Shown one piece after another: positions 29,638-40,589 of a stretch of 57,100 nucleotides of DNA; position 1 is the first letter of the stretch, and every line of letters begins with the position of its first letter. A program made the translations under genes and the position numbers. A model generated the notes under the pieces. It was not told the origin of the DNA. It was given only the letters and a program-made list of their open reading frames with translations, and searched no databases. Origin of the DNA: Deltaproteobacteria bacterium (GTDB lineage Bacteria > Myxococcota_A > Polyangia > Polyangiales > Houyiibacteriaceae); contig JAXMNT010000048.1 of NCBI GenBank assembly GCA_034670305.1, positions 1 to 57,100 of the forward strand, in the 5' to 3' direction.

Positions 29638-31940
29638 ACTTTCGAACCTCCCTCTCGATCTGCATCCTGGCGCTGCTCGCCTTTGCAGCGATCCTCCCTC
29701 CCACGTTCGTGGCGGCGCAGCAGCGCGAGATGCAGGTTTACACCGTGCGGCGCGGCGACACGTGCGGCTCGATCGCCAACCGCTTCTACGGCAACTGGCG
29801 GCGCTACGACATCATCCTGCGGTTCAACCCGCAACTCGTCGAAGGCATCCCCGAGAGTGAGCGGGGCGCGTGTGGTCCGTTCCTTCGACCCGGTGTGGTG
29901 CTCAATCTCCCGACCGAGTACGTGCCGGCCACGGCCGGTGCAGATGCGGAAGTGACCGCGGTCCGCCGGAACGTGCGCGCGCGCGAACCGGAACAGACGG
30001 AATGGCAAAGCGCGGCTCGCGGTCAGGACCTCTACCGCGGGTGGCGGGTCAACACGCTGGACGAGTCCTCCGCCGAGGTGACGTTTCGTGATCGTGCGGT
30101 GGTTCAACTTCGCGCAAACACCCTCGTGGTGATCTACGGCGGCGACGCTGGGCAGGCGCGGCGCAGCAGCGGTGGCGCGACGCTCGAGCGCGGAACGCTC
30201 CGCAGCCGCCTCGGCCAACTGCGCCTGCAGGTCGACACGCCCGCGGGTCAGGCCGAACTCAGCGGCGGCAGCGCCGTCTTGAGCGTGGACGAGAACCAGA
30301 CCAGCCGCGTCTCCAACTTCGACGGCGGTGAAGCCACGCTGCGCAACGACCAGGGAGCGACGCAGGTGCGGCCAGGGTTCGGATCCAAAGTCCGCCCGCG
30401 CCAACGGCCGACGCCGCCTCGCCCACTTCCTCCGGCCCCGAGCTGGACCGAAGGGCCGCAACGTTTCCTCGGGGTGCGTGGCCATGGGGCGACTGTGACT
30501 GGCGCTTGGGGGGCCGTGGACGTGGCCCGGAGCTATCGGGTGGAAGTGGTCTCCGGGGAAGTCGTCGTGGCCGCGACCGAGGTCCCGAGCGATGTGGTGC
30601 GGTTCGAACTCCATCAGTTTCCCGAGGGCGAATACGAGGTGCGCGTGTCGACGATCGACGGCGACTTCTTCGAGAGCCGGCCTTCCGATCCAAGCACCCT
30701 CACCGTGGTTCAGGTCGGACTCGGCGGTCCGCTCGCGCCCGAACTCGGCGACGCCCTTCCCGATCCCACCGCCGAGTCGGCTGCGCTCCGCGTGCTGCAA
30801 GGGGTGCAACTGGATCTGCCCGATGGGTACGAGTGTTCCTTCGACGAAGCGCGGTCGCGGTGGTCCAACTGTCGCGACAGCGAAGGTCTGCCCTTCGCGC
30901 CGCCGGCCATCGAGATCGTGATCCCCGTGGTCGCACCCGCGAACGTCCTGGTCGGAGCGACCGCAGGCGCGCTCGATCTCACGGTGCAGAGCGAGCTGCC
31001 ACTGCCCAACACCACCTACCGGTTGACGGTGGCGGGGCAGACGGTGCCGTTGACGCGCACCGAGCTCGGGTTTCAAGCGGCGCTCGACGGGCTCGCGCCG
31101 GGCACCCACGACGCCACCATCGAGGTCGGGGAACCGCCAAGCGCGGCGACCTTCGCCAGAACCCGGATCGAAGTGGGCCCGGCACCGGAAGTCGAGATCC
31201 AGCCCGCCCCGCCGGAGCCCCGTCGACCGCTCGCGCAGGCGTTCCAGCTCGCGCCTCAGCCGGAACTCTTCGCGCTTCGGGACGTGCGCGCGGTGGGCCA
31301 CGACCTGTTCCTCGCTGGCAGCCACTACGGAGAGCACCCCGGCAACGGCTACTGGCGCGTCGCGGCGGGCGGCAGCGCCTCCATCGGAGACCACGTTCGG
31401 CTCGGCGGGTCCTTCGCGGGGGACTTCCAGGTGGACGACGACTTCAGGGAGAACAGCCGCGGTGAGCGGAGTGTGAATCTGTGGGCCTCGGCGCGCTCCG
31501 CACCCACGGCGGACCTCGTCGTGGGCGGATCCCTCGGAGTGTGGATCCCCACCAGCCAAGGGGTCGGAGCGCTGCCGAACGTGATGCTCCAGCCCGCGGT
31601 CGATGTGGACTACGCGCTGACCCCGGCGTTCCGGCTGAGGACCCGGCAAGGCGCGCGACTCGGACTGGCGAGCGACGACCGATTCACCTGGGCGAGCGCG
31701 TATGGGGCGAGCATCGGGTTCAACAATGTGCTCATCTTGGAATTCGAAGTGGCGCTCGTGGTCGGTGTCGATCGCGCCCAGGACTCCCTGTTGACCCATG
31801 TCGCCCCAGGTGTGGCGATCTCAGGACGCGTCGGGCCGGTGACCCTCTCCCTTGGGGCGCGCTACAACGTTCCGAACGATGGAGAACCACTCGGCCACCT
31901 GAACGTGTTGGCGGGTGCTGCCCTACATATCGGGCCCTGA
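29634..31940 (+). CDS. LysM + FecR-like + Ig/FN3-like + C-terminal beta-barrel-like secreted protein
   Basis: TTG overlaps kinase stop; signal peptide; YTVRRGDT..SIA.RFYG (LysM); T.DESSAEVTF.D...LRANT (FecR); alternating strands at C-terminus. Confidence 0.8.
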   Translation: MNFRTSLSICILALLAFAAILPPTFVAAQQREMQVYTVRRGDTCGSIANRFYGNWRRYDIILRFNPQLVEGIPESERGACGPFLRPGVVLNLPTEYVPATAGADAEVTAVRRNVRAREPEQTEWQSAARGQDLYRGWRVNTLDESSAEVTFRDRAVVQLRANTLVVIYGGDAGQARRSSGGATLERGTLRSRLGQLRLQVDTPAGQAELSGGSAVLSVDENQTSRVSNFDGGEATLRNDQGATQVRPGFGSKVRPRQRPTPPRPLPPAPSWTEGPQRFLGVRGHGATVTGAWGAVDVARSYRVEVVSGEVVVAATEVPSDVVRFELHQFPEGEYEVRVSTIDGDFFESRPSDPSTLTVVQVGLGGPLAPELGDALPDPTAESAALRVLQGVQLDLPDGYECSFDEARSRWSNCRDSEGLPFAPPAIEIVIPVVAPANVLVGATAGALDLTVQSELPLPNTTYRLTVAGQTVPLTRTELGFQAALDGLAPGTHDATIEVGEPPSAATFARTRIEVGPAPEVEIQPAPPEPRRPLAQAFQLAPQPELFALRDVRAVGHDLFLAGSHYGEHPGNGYWRVAAGGSASIGDHVRLGGSFAGDFQVDDDFRENSRGERSVNLWASARSAPTADLVVGGSLGVWIPTSQGVGALPNVMLQPAVDVDYALTPAFRLRTRQGARLGLASDDRFTWASAYGASIGFNNVLILEFEVALVVGVDRAQDSLLTHVAPGVAISGRVGPVTLSLGARYNVPNDGEPLGHLNVLAGAALHIGP

Positions 31941-32029
31941 GTCTGTGCGAGTGTTGGGTGGACACCACGGGTGTGGGGAGGGCTCCTCACACGATCGGGT
32001 GATTGTTCCTGGTTTTCGGCGCATGCCCT

Positions 32030-32045
32030 GAGCACGGGGATTGCA
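32030..32045 (+). promoter_or_regulatory. Putative sigma54 promoter (GAGCAC variant) for the OmpA gene
   Basis: GAGCACGGGGATTGCA; palindrome at 31971-31992 upstream. Confidence 0.5.
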
Positions 32046-32138
32046 GTGCGGCAATCGCGCGGAACTGGCCACGGGCCGGCCGCAAGACGATGATGCGCAC
32101 AGCGCTATTTTTAGACTCAAGACAAGAACGAGAGTGGA

Positions 32139-34040
<1,902 letters not shown>

Positions 34041-34064
34041 CTCGAACGATCGACCGGACGAACG

Positions 34065-34102
34065 AAGCCGCCTCGGATTCCCGAGGCGGCTTTTTTCTTT
34101 TC
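34065..34102 (+). terminator. Intrinsic terminator
   Basis: AGCCGCCTCGG-ATTC-CCGAGGCGGCT stem followed by a T-rich tail. Confidence 0.9.
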
Positions 34103-34104
34103 CC

Positions 34105-34140
34105 TGACGGGCCTGGCTCGCTTCGCGAGACTGGCGGCCC
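34105..34140 (+). repeat. REP-like dispersed repeat, copy C
   Basis: TGACGGGCCTGGCTCGCTTCGCGAGACTGGCGGCCC; reverse complement of 46156-46190 with one mismatch. Confidence 0.8.
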
Positions 34141-34161
34141 TGTGTCGCGCCGTCGCGTGAG

Positions 34162-35391
34162 TCAGTGGGCGGCGCTGAGGTCGGCTTCTAGTTCGAACAC
34201 CCGGTCCGGGCCGAACTGACCGGCGGGGGTGAGGATGGCCCAGTCGCTCAACTTCTCGAGGGCGTGCAGTCCCCGGTCGCCGGCTTGGAGGTGGGCGACG
34301 CCGTAGGGCGCGTTCAAGAGGGTGGCGTCGACTTCGTCCCCCACGCGCCCATGCACCTCGAACCAGAGGTGCTCGCGGTTGTCGGGATCGCTCTCGCCGT
34401 CCACCGGGTAGCCCAGCTTCACGAGGAACCGAGTCTCCTCGCCGAAGAGCGCTTCGCAGCGCGGTCGGAGCGCGAAGAAGCGCGGCAGCCGTTCGGCGGC
34501 GAGGAGCGCCTGCCGGTTGGTCTCCATCGTGGAGAGGAACAGCATCGGGTGGGCGCACCGGAGGCCCGGCATCTGCGAAGGGCAGCCGAGCTTGCGCCCG
34601 GTCCAGCTCTTGATGGACGCGTAGACCACCCCCGAGGGACCAGAGTGGTACTCGTCGCGGTCGTCTGCGTCGCCCGGTCCTCGAATGTCGGCCACCGCCT
34701 TCTGCCAGGGCTGCCAGACGACGGACATGCCCTTGCCCGCCTCGAAGACTTCGCCCTCGTCCGGAGGACCGGACTCGATCCATTGGCAGGCGATGGTGTG
34801 TACGAGTGGGTCGACGCGCGAGAGTTCCGCCGCGGGGACGTCGACGAGTTCGAGTTCCTGGGAACCGCATCGGCGAAGGCCGTGCGTGTGAATCCACGCC
34901 AGTCCGTCGTTGCCAACCGCATGCACCGTGTAGAGGCTGCGCGGAGAGGGTGGCGTGGTGGCTTCGGTGACTTCGGTCAGCCAGGTCGGCAGGTGCGCAA
35001 CGAAGCGCGCGGTGTCCACGACGAGCACCGGGTCCGGAGCCGCTGCGGCGAGCAGCTGAAGCTGCCGGTGAAAGTCCCAGAGGGGCCGGTCACCGAAGGT
35101 GGTCTCGACGACCAGACTCGTCTCGCACCCCGCCGCTTGGGCGAGCGCGTCTTGGAGTTCCGGCTCCGGGTGGATGGGCACCGGGAGTTGGGGCAGCGTC
35201 TGCAGCGAGACGCGAAACTGCGCCGGTTCGCGGCCCTCGCGTTCGCTCCGGACCGTCAGCTGCCAACGCGGGCCAGAACATGGACCGCAGTCGGCCTCGT
35301 AGCCTCGGGCGCGCAGCCGTTCACGAACTTCGCCGATGCTCAGTGGCGCCCGAATCGGCGCGTGCACGATGGAAGGTTCGCGTTCGATCAC
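34162..35391 (-). CDS. DUF4026 family protein with DUF2314-like C-terminus
   Basis: LYTVHAV, WIHTHGLRRCG..ELE, FLVKLGY, EHLWFEV, LLNAPY. Confidence 0.7.
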   Translation of the reverse strand: MIEREPSIVHAPIRAPLSIGEVRERLRARGYEADCGPCSGPRWQLTVRSEREGREPAQFRVSLQTLPQLPVPIHPEPELQDALAQAAGCETSLVVETTFGDRPLWDFHRQLQLLAAAAPDPVLVVDTARFVAHLPTWLTEVTEATTPPSPRSLYTVHAVGNDGLAWIHTHGLRRCGSQELELVDVPAAELSRVDPLVHTIACQWIESGPPDEGEVFEAGKGMSVVWQPWQKAVADIRGPGDADDRDEYHSGPSGVVYASIKSWTGRKLGCPSQMPGLRCAHPMLFLSTMETNRQALLAAERLPRFFALRPRCEALFGEETRFLVKLGYPVDGESDPDNREHLWFEVHGRVGDEVDATLLNAPYGVAHLQAGDRGLHALEKLSDWAILTPAGQFGPDRVFELEADLSAAH

Positions 35392-35403
35392 CCCATCCTC
35401 CCC

Positions 35404-36411
35404 TCAGACTTTCAGCTTCACGGTAGACCGCGCGTCGCTGGACTGTGCCGCTCGAATGCCGGTCGCATCGCGGACCCGCTCCATGGTGGCGCGCGCGATC
35501 TTCGACGCCTTCAGACGCCCTTCGATGAGCATGAGATCGATGCTGTCCTCGTCCGACCGGAGGGCGTCGTACCGCTCTCGCATCGGACCGAGCTCCGCTT
35601 CGAGCGCTTCGTAGAAATCCTGTTTGGCGTGTCCCCACCCGTAACCACCCGCCCGCAGCTTGTCGCCCATCTCGGCCGCGGCGGAAGGCGCCAACTGCTG
35701 GCAGAGCTGGAACACGGTCGAGCCGTCCGGATCTTTTGGTTCCTCGAGGGACTCACTGCTGGTGGCGATCTGCATGATGGTCTTGCGCAACTCCTTGGAA
35801 GACGCGAACAGCGGGATCGCGTTACCGCGGCTCTTGCTCATCTTCTCGCCATCGGTCCCTGGCACGAGCGGCGCTTCGCCGATGAGCGGCTCGGGTACGA
35901 CCAGCGTCGCTTCGCCGAACACGTGGTTGAACCGGACCGCCACGTCGCGGGTGAGTTCGAGGTGTTGCAGCTGGTCCTTGCCCACCGGCACCAGATCGGT
36001 GTCGTAGAGAAGAATGTCGGCGGCCATCAGAAGCGGGTAGTTGAAGATGCCCGCGTTCGGCGCTTCGTCTCGGGCGAGCGCGTCCTTGTACGCGTGGCCG
36101 CGCTCGAGCTGTCCGGTCGCCATCAGACACGAGAGCACCCAGGCCAGCTCGAACACTTCGATCACATCGGACTGCCGAAAGAAGATCGTCTCGCGCGGGT
36201 CGAGCCCGCAGGCGAGCCAGGTGGCGGCCACGTCGTACACGTGACGGCGCATGGCAGCCGGATCGCGGACGGTGGTCAGCGCGTGGTAGTCGGCGATGAA
36301 GTACGCCGTGCTGTGGCCTTCGGACAGCTGCAGCGCGGGCCGGATCGCGCCGAGGTAGTTTCCAAGGTGTGGGGTGGCGGTCGGCTTGATGCCGGTCAGA
36401 GCGGTTTTCAC
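35404..36411 (-). CDS. trpS: Tryptophanyl-tRNA synthetase
   Basis: TGIKPT..PHLGNY, YPLLMAADIL, VPVGKDQLQHLE, KMSKS. Confidence 0.95.
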   Translation of the reverse strand: MKTALTGIKPTATPHLGNYLGAIRPALQLSEGHSTAYFIADYHALTTVRDPAAMRRHVYDVAATWLACGLDPRETIFFRQSDVIEVFELAWVLSCLMATGQLERGHAYKDALARDEAPNAGIFNYPLLMAADILLYDTDLVPVGKDQLQHLELTRDVAVRFNHVFGEATLVVPEPLIGEAPLVPGTDGEKMSKSRGNAIPLFASSKELRKTIMQIATSSESLEEPKDPDGSTVFQLCQQLAPSAAAEMGDKLRAGGYGWGHAKQDFYEALEAELGPMRERYDALRSDEDSIDLMLIEGRLKASKIARATMERVRDATGIRAAQSSDARSTVKLKV

Positions 36412-36481
36412 GGGCGCATCAAAGCAGTTCCCTCCCCGCCCGTCGAGAAGAGCGGCCCGGAACCCGGCCACCCTATCCAGC

Positions 36482-36678
36482 AACCCCCCCCGGCCACACG
36501 GACGCAACGCCTAGCTGATGGCGAGGTCCGCGCTCTGGCCCTTCACTCCGGCCCGCGATGGCACCGTGTGCGTCCTAGGTCTCGGCCTCCAAACCCCGTC
36601 CCGGTGACACGGCAGCCTCGCTTCGTTCGGGTCGAACCAAGCTTGCCTGTTCTGGCGGGGAGGACTGGCACGGGGGGT
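36482..36678. ncRNA. Candidate ~197-nt rod-shaped structured RNA (6S-like)
   Basis: Ends pair; nested helices with a central bubble found by manual folding; strand unresolved. Confidence 0.45.
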
Positions 36679-36681
36679 GCA
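36666..36681 (+). promoter_or_regulatory. Putative sigma54 promoter
   Basis: TGGCACGGGGGGTGCA: GG-N10-GC with TGGCACG. Confidence 0.5.
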
Positions 36682-36696
36682 GAGTGTCTCTGCACC

Positions 36697-36765
36697 ATGC
36701 AACAGTTTCTCCGCTTCTTCCTCCTTCGCTCCCGCTCCCGCGCCCGCCTGCTCGCCCACGCCTGA
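36697..36765 (+). CDS. Possible 22-aa peptide MQQFLRFFLLRSRSRARLLAHA
   Basis: ATG a few nt after the predicted sigma54 start site; no RBS. Confidence 0.25.
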   Translation: MQQFLRFFLLRSRSRARLLAHA

Positions 36766-36850
36766 GCCGCAACGCCTGGCTTTGTCGGGTGAAGCGGGTT
36801 CGGTGTCTGCGTTTCGGGGCACGTTTGGGGGCAGGGTTTCGCGCCAGCCG

Positions 36851-36903
36851 AGCGTCACAGCACGCGTCACATCGAGCGTCACACCGTCACGACGGGCGTC
36901 ACA
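36851..36903 (+). promoter_or_regulatory. Array of five CGTCAC direct repeats
   Basis: CGTCAC at 36853, 36865, 36877, 36885, 36897 (spacing 12,12,8,12). Confidence 0.55.
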
Positions 36904-36927
36904 GCCACGCTCCCGCGTCCCTACGGA

Positions 36928-36944
36928 CGCGAAGCGAGCCAGGC
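36928..36944 (-). repeat. REP-like dispersed repeat, copy D (core only)
   Basis: Reverse complement of GCCTGGCTCGCTTCGCG. Confidence 0.6.
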
Positions 36945-36989
36945 AGAAAACAGTGCTAACCTCTCGCCCCGGATGGGGAACATGACGCC

Positions 36990-38711
36990 ATGAAGGTCTG
37001 TCCGCGGTGTGGGCTTCAGTACCAGGACCACGAGACCCTTTGTTTCGTCGACAACGCGGAACTCCAGGTGATGGAGGACCCGTGGATCGGCAAAACACTT
37101 GCCGGTCGGTACTTGGTGGAAGACCCGATCGGCGAAGGCGGCATGGCGCGCGTCTACCGGGCCCGCCACACGCTGGTCGATCGGCCCGTCGCGGTGAAGA
37201 TCATGTCGGAGCACACGTCCCGCGACGCGTCGCTGCGAGAGCGGTTTCGGCGCGAAGCGAAGAACGCCGCGGCGCTCGCGCATCCCAACATCATCGAGAT
37301 CTACGACTACGGCGAGACTGACGACGGCGCTGTCTTCCTGGTCATGGAGCTGCTCAACGGCGCGCCGCTCGCGGCCCACATCGCGCAGGGCCCCATGGAG
37401 CCCGGACGGGTGGCATCCCTCGGGCTGCAGATCGCCATGGGCCTCGCGCGCGCGCACGACTTCGAGGTCATCCACCGGGATCTGAAACCGGACAACATCT
37501 TCGTGACGGTGGCCGGCCCGAACCGCGAGCTCGTCAAGCTGCTCGACTTCGGCATCGCCCGTTCGATGCACGACAGCCGGCTGACCAACGCCGGCGAGAT
37601 CTTCGGCACGCCGCAGTACATGGCGCCTGAGCGCATCACGAGCATCGACGCGGGACCGACGTCCGATCTCTACGCGCTCGGCGTCATCTTCTTCGAGATG
37701 TTGACCGGCCGGCTCCCGTTCGAATCCGAAGAGATGACCGGCTTCTTCATCAAGCACATGCAGGAGCCGCCGCCTCGACCTTCGGAGCTCGTCCCGCAGT
37801 GTCCCCGGCGACTCGAAGAACTCATCCTGACGTTGCTGGCCAAGAAGCCAGAAGAACGTCCGGTCGACGCGCATCAGATCATCAAGGAGCTGCAGTCGCT
37901 CGTGCCCAAGGGCGGCATGACGGCGCAGGCCCCGCCGGTTGCGACTCCGTCGAGGCCCATCGCCGCGCCGACCCTTCCGCCGACCACGCTCGAGCGCTGG
38001 GCGCGGCGCACGGGGATCTTCGACCAGATGATGCAGCGGGCGTTCGGCGGTTCACCTCCCGCCGACATGCACCGCTTGATCGAGCAGATCCGCGGCACCT
38101 TGCGCCGCGTGCACGAGATCCGAAGCGAAGGCCTCAAGGAACAACGCAAACTCGAAGACCTCGAACGCAACGCGCGCGACAACCGTGCCCGGCTCGGCTT
38201 CGCGGTGCAGAGTCTCGCCGAAGATCTCTCGCTCGGCCGAGAGGCCGCGCGCGCTGCCCTCGGTGAGGTGAAACCCTACTTCGACGCCGAGGATCTGGCG
38301 CAGACCGCCTACCGCGTCGCGCACGCGCGCCTCGAGCAGCTCGGCGGCTACCAGGAGATGGCGGCCCCCGACGAAGCGATGACGAAGGCGCTGCGCGATG
38401 TGGCGGACGCGCTCGACCGCTGGAGCCTCGCCAAAGGCGCCGCCGACAAAGCGCGCCGCTGGGTCGAGAGCAAACAACGCGAAGTCGACGACGTGCAGTT
38501 CCAGGTCAAAGCGCTCCGCCAGAACCTCGAACGCCTGGAAGCCGAGTACGACGAACAACGCCGCGGCTCCGAAGAACTCCTGGTCCAGGGCGGTGCCGAA
38601 GCCCAAGAGCGCGAACAGCAGCTCATCACGCTCGCCAGCGCCTTCTGTGATCAACTCCGCACCCGCACCGAGCTGCGCGACCTCTTCCAAAGACTCGAAG
38701 CCGACGGCTAG
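36990..38711 (+). CDS. Ser/Thr kinase with N-terminal zinc-ribbon-like motif and C-terminal coiled coil
   Basis: CPRC..CFVD, GEGGMA, HRDLKPDN, DFG, GTPQYMAPE; heptad-rich tail; no TM. Confidence 0.92.
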   Translation: MKVCPRCGLQYQDHETLCFVDNAELQVMEDPWIGKTLAGRYLVEDPIGEGGMARVYRARHTLVDRPVAVKIMSEHTSRDASLRERFRREAKNAAALAHPNIIEIYDYGETDDGAVFLVMELLNGAPLAAHIAQGPMEPGRVASLGLQIAMGLARAHDFEVIHRDLKPDNIFVTVAGPNRELVKLLDFGIARSMHDSRLTNAGEIFGTPQYMAPERITSIDAGPTSDLYALGVIFFEMLTGRLPFESEEMTGFFIKHMQEPPPRPSELVPQCPRRLEELILTLLAKKPEERPVDAHQIIKELQSLVPKGGMTAQAPPVATPSRPIAAPTLPPTTLERWARRTGIFDQMMQRAFGGSPPADMHRLIEQIRGTLRRVHEIRSEGLKEQRKLEDLERNARDNRARLGFAVQSLAEDLSLGREAARAALGEVKPYFDAEDLAQTAYRVAHARLEQLGGYQEMAAPDEAMTKALRDVADALDRWSLAKGAADKARRWVESKQREVDDVQFQVKALRQNLERLEAEYDEQRRGSEELLVQGGAEAQEREQQLITLASAFCDQLRTRTELRDLFQRLEADG

Positions 38712-38837
38712 CCAGCCCGGCCGCCAGGCGCCGGGCTCCCTTGCCCTTGCCCTTGCCCTTGCCCCTGCCCTCCGTCGTTGTACCAGCCCGGGCGCCGGGC
38801 TCCCTTGCCCCTTGCCCTCGGTCGTTGTGCCAGCCCG
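38712..38837 (+). repeat. Tandem duplication containing (CCCTTG)n tracts
   Basis: Units 38727-38790 and 38791-38837: GGCGCCGGGCT(CCCTTG)n..GTCGTTGT.CCAGCCCG with different hexamer counts. Confidence 0.85.
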
Positions 38838-38867
38838 AAGTGGTGGTTGGTCGTGCGGCGGACCGCG

Positions 38868-40427
38868 CTAGGCCGCGCCCAAGTAGATGCGCAGCGTCTC
38901 CACCGCGGCCTTCTTGTTGAACGGCTTGCCGGTCAACTCCACCCGCTTCGAGATCTGATCGAAGAGCTTCTCCAGGTAGCGGTAGAAGGTCGTGCACTCC
39001 TCCACCGCCGCACGCATCCGGTCGGCTTCGAGCAGGTCCACGTCCCGGAGCTCCTCGAGCGCGGCGAGGAAACGGTCCAAACGCGCGTAGTCGCTCGACC
39101 GCACGAGCTGATACCCAATCGCGCGGAAGTGTCCGAGGAACTCTCGGACGAACCGGAAGCTCGCGTAGCTCGCCCACTGGTCGGGGTCTCCGCGCGCCGC
39201 TTCCGCCTTGGCGAGGAACGCCCGCAAGACCTGGAGGAACATCCAGACGTCTCGGCGCAGCCGTTCGCTCTGCTGCGCGCGCGCGGCATCGACCGAGCCA
39301 AGCGAAGGCACGTCCGCCTCGGGGCGCAGCTCGCGACAGAGGGTCTCGATCGCATGATGGAGTGTTGCCCGCAGCGACGCGCTCGCCACGACGAGCTGCG
39401 GACCGAGTTCGGCCTGCGCGACCGCAGCGACCGGCGGCGGCAGGTCGCGTTCGAAGGTGTGCCGGACCTCCACGCGGACCACGTTGGCCAAGTTCTCGAG
39501 GGTGGAGCGCAGCGAGATGAGCCGGCCGGCCTCTCGTGCGAGTACCTCTCGGCGCGCGTCGATCTCGTGCGCCGGCACGGAGAGCAACGCCTTCTCGAAG
39601 GACACCGCGATCTGTTCTGCGGACCGCTGCCCGAGGTAGCGGGTCAACGCGCGCATGTCGCTGCGGAGCACACTCAAGATCACGTACGCGCGGCGGGTGG
39701 TGTCGGGCCGCTCCGCGTAATGGTCGATCAGCTGCACGTAGCGCAGCCCGCGGTAGAGGGCGAGAAAGGCCACGGCGGCGACCTTGTGGCCAGAGTCGGA
39801 CGCGGCGTGGAGCGCTTCGAGGGTCTCGCTGGTCCGGATGCGATCGAACTCGGGCCGGAACTCGAGCGCCACCAGCGGATCAAAGAACGTATTGCGACCG
39901 ATCTCGCGCACGATCATGCCGAGCACGGCCGTGTAGAGGCGGTGGGTGACGCGGCCGTGGCGAAGGATGCCGTCGATGATCTCGAGGAAGTTGCTGAACG
40001 TGTTCCGCAACACGAAGAGCGACTCCTCGGGGGTGTCTTGGCTCAGCTGATCGCGCACGAGGCGACTCCGGAGCGCGTCCTCGGGCAGCACGCTCTCGAG
40101 GTAGCGGCTGAAGACATACGCGCGGTCTCGTGAGCCGAGCAGCTGACGCACCATCACGATGGACTGGCTCAGCGCGTCTCGAACGATGCGCAGCTCTTCA
40201 CGGAAGTCGTGTGCGACGGGCGGCGCGGAACTCGGGACCCCGGGTAGGTTTCGCTGGTTGCCGAAACACGCGAAGCCTTTGAGCAACATCTCGAGCTCGA
40301 AGAGCGTCTCTTCTTTGCGCTCCCAATCCAGCCGGTCGTACCAGGCATCGCGCGACCGCGCCTGCTCGCGACGGAGGCCGCGCGTGTCTCTCAGCAGATT
40401 GGCGTAGACGTCCCGCGTGGCCGGCAC
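38868..40427 (-). CDS. Hypothetical all-helical protein
   Basis: ~519-aa ORF with host-like codon bias; no recognised motif. Confidence 0.75.
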   Translation of the reverse strand: MPATRDVYANLLRDTRGLRREQARSRDAWYDRLDWERKEETLFELEMLLKGFACFGNQRNLPGVPSSAPPVAHDFREELRIVRDALSQSIVMVRQLLGSRDRAYVFSRYLESVLPEDALRSRLVRDQLSQDTPEESLFVLRNTFSNFLEIIDGILRHGRVTHRLYTAVLGMIVREIGRNTFFDPLVALEFRPEFDRIRTSETLEALHAASDSGHKVAAVAFLALYRGLRYVQLIDHYAERPDTTRRAYVILSVLRSDMRALTRYLGQRSAEQIAVSFEKALLSVPAHEIDARREVLAREAGRLISLRSTLENLANVVRVEVRHTFERDLPPPVAAVAQAELGPQLVVASASLRATLHHAIETLCRELRPEADVPSLGSVDAARAQQSERLRRDVWMFLQVLRAFLAKAEAARGDPDQWASYASFRFVREFLGHFRAIGYQLVRSSDYARLDRFLAALEELRDVDLLEADRMRAAVEECTTFYRYLEKLFDQISKRVELTGKPFNKKAAVETLRIYLGAA

Positions 40428-40547
40428 GATCCGGTTGTACACAGAGTCACCGTCCGAAGCGAGAAGGAACGGGGCTGGGGTCGCATCGGGCGCAAGCGCG
40501 CGCACCGCCAAGGGCGACGGCCACCCGATCCAGGGCAAGGCACACCA

Positions 40548-40584
40548 GGCAACAGCAAGGCAAGGGCAAGGGCGAGGGCAAGGG
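40548..40584 (-). repeat. (CAAGGG)n tract, (CCCTTG)n on the minus strand
   Basis: GGCAACAGCAAGGCAAGGGCAAGGGCGAGGGCAAGGG just after the antiporter stop. Confidence 0.75.
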
Positions 40585-40589
40585 ACCGG

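Noticed and set aside
36412-36700. T-box or Trp attenuator for trpS; SRP, RNase P or tmRNA
   Set aside because: No T-box bulge consensus, no Trp-codon leader, and none of the conserved cores of those RNAs
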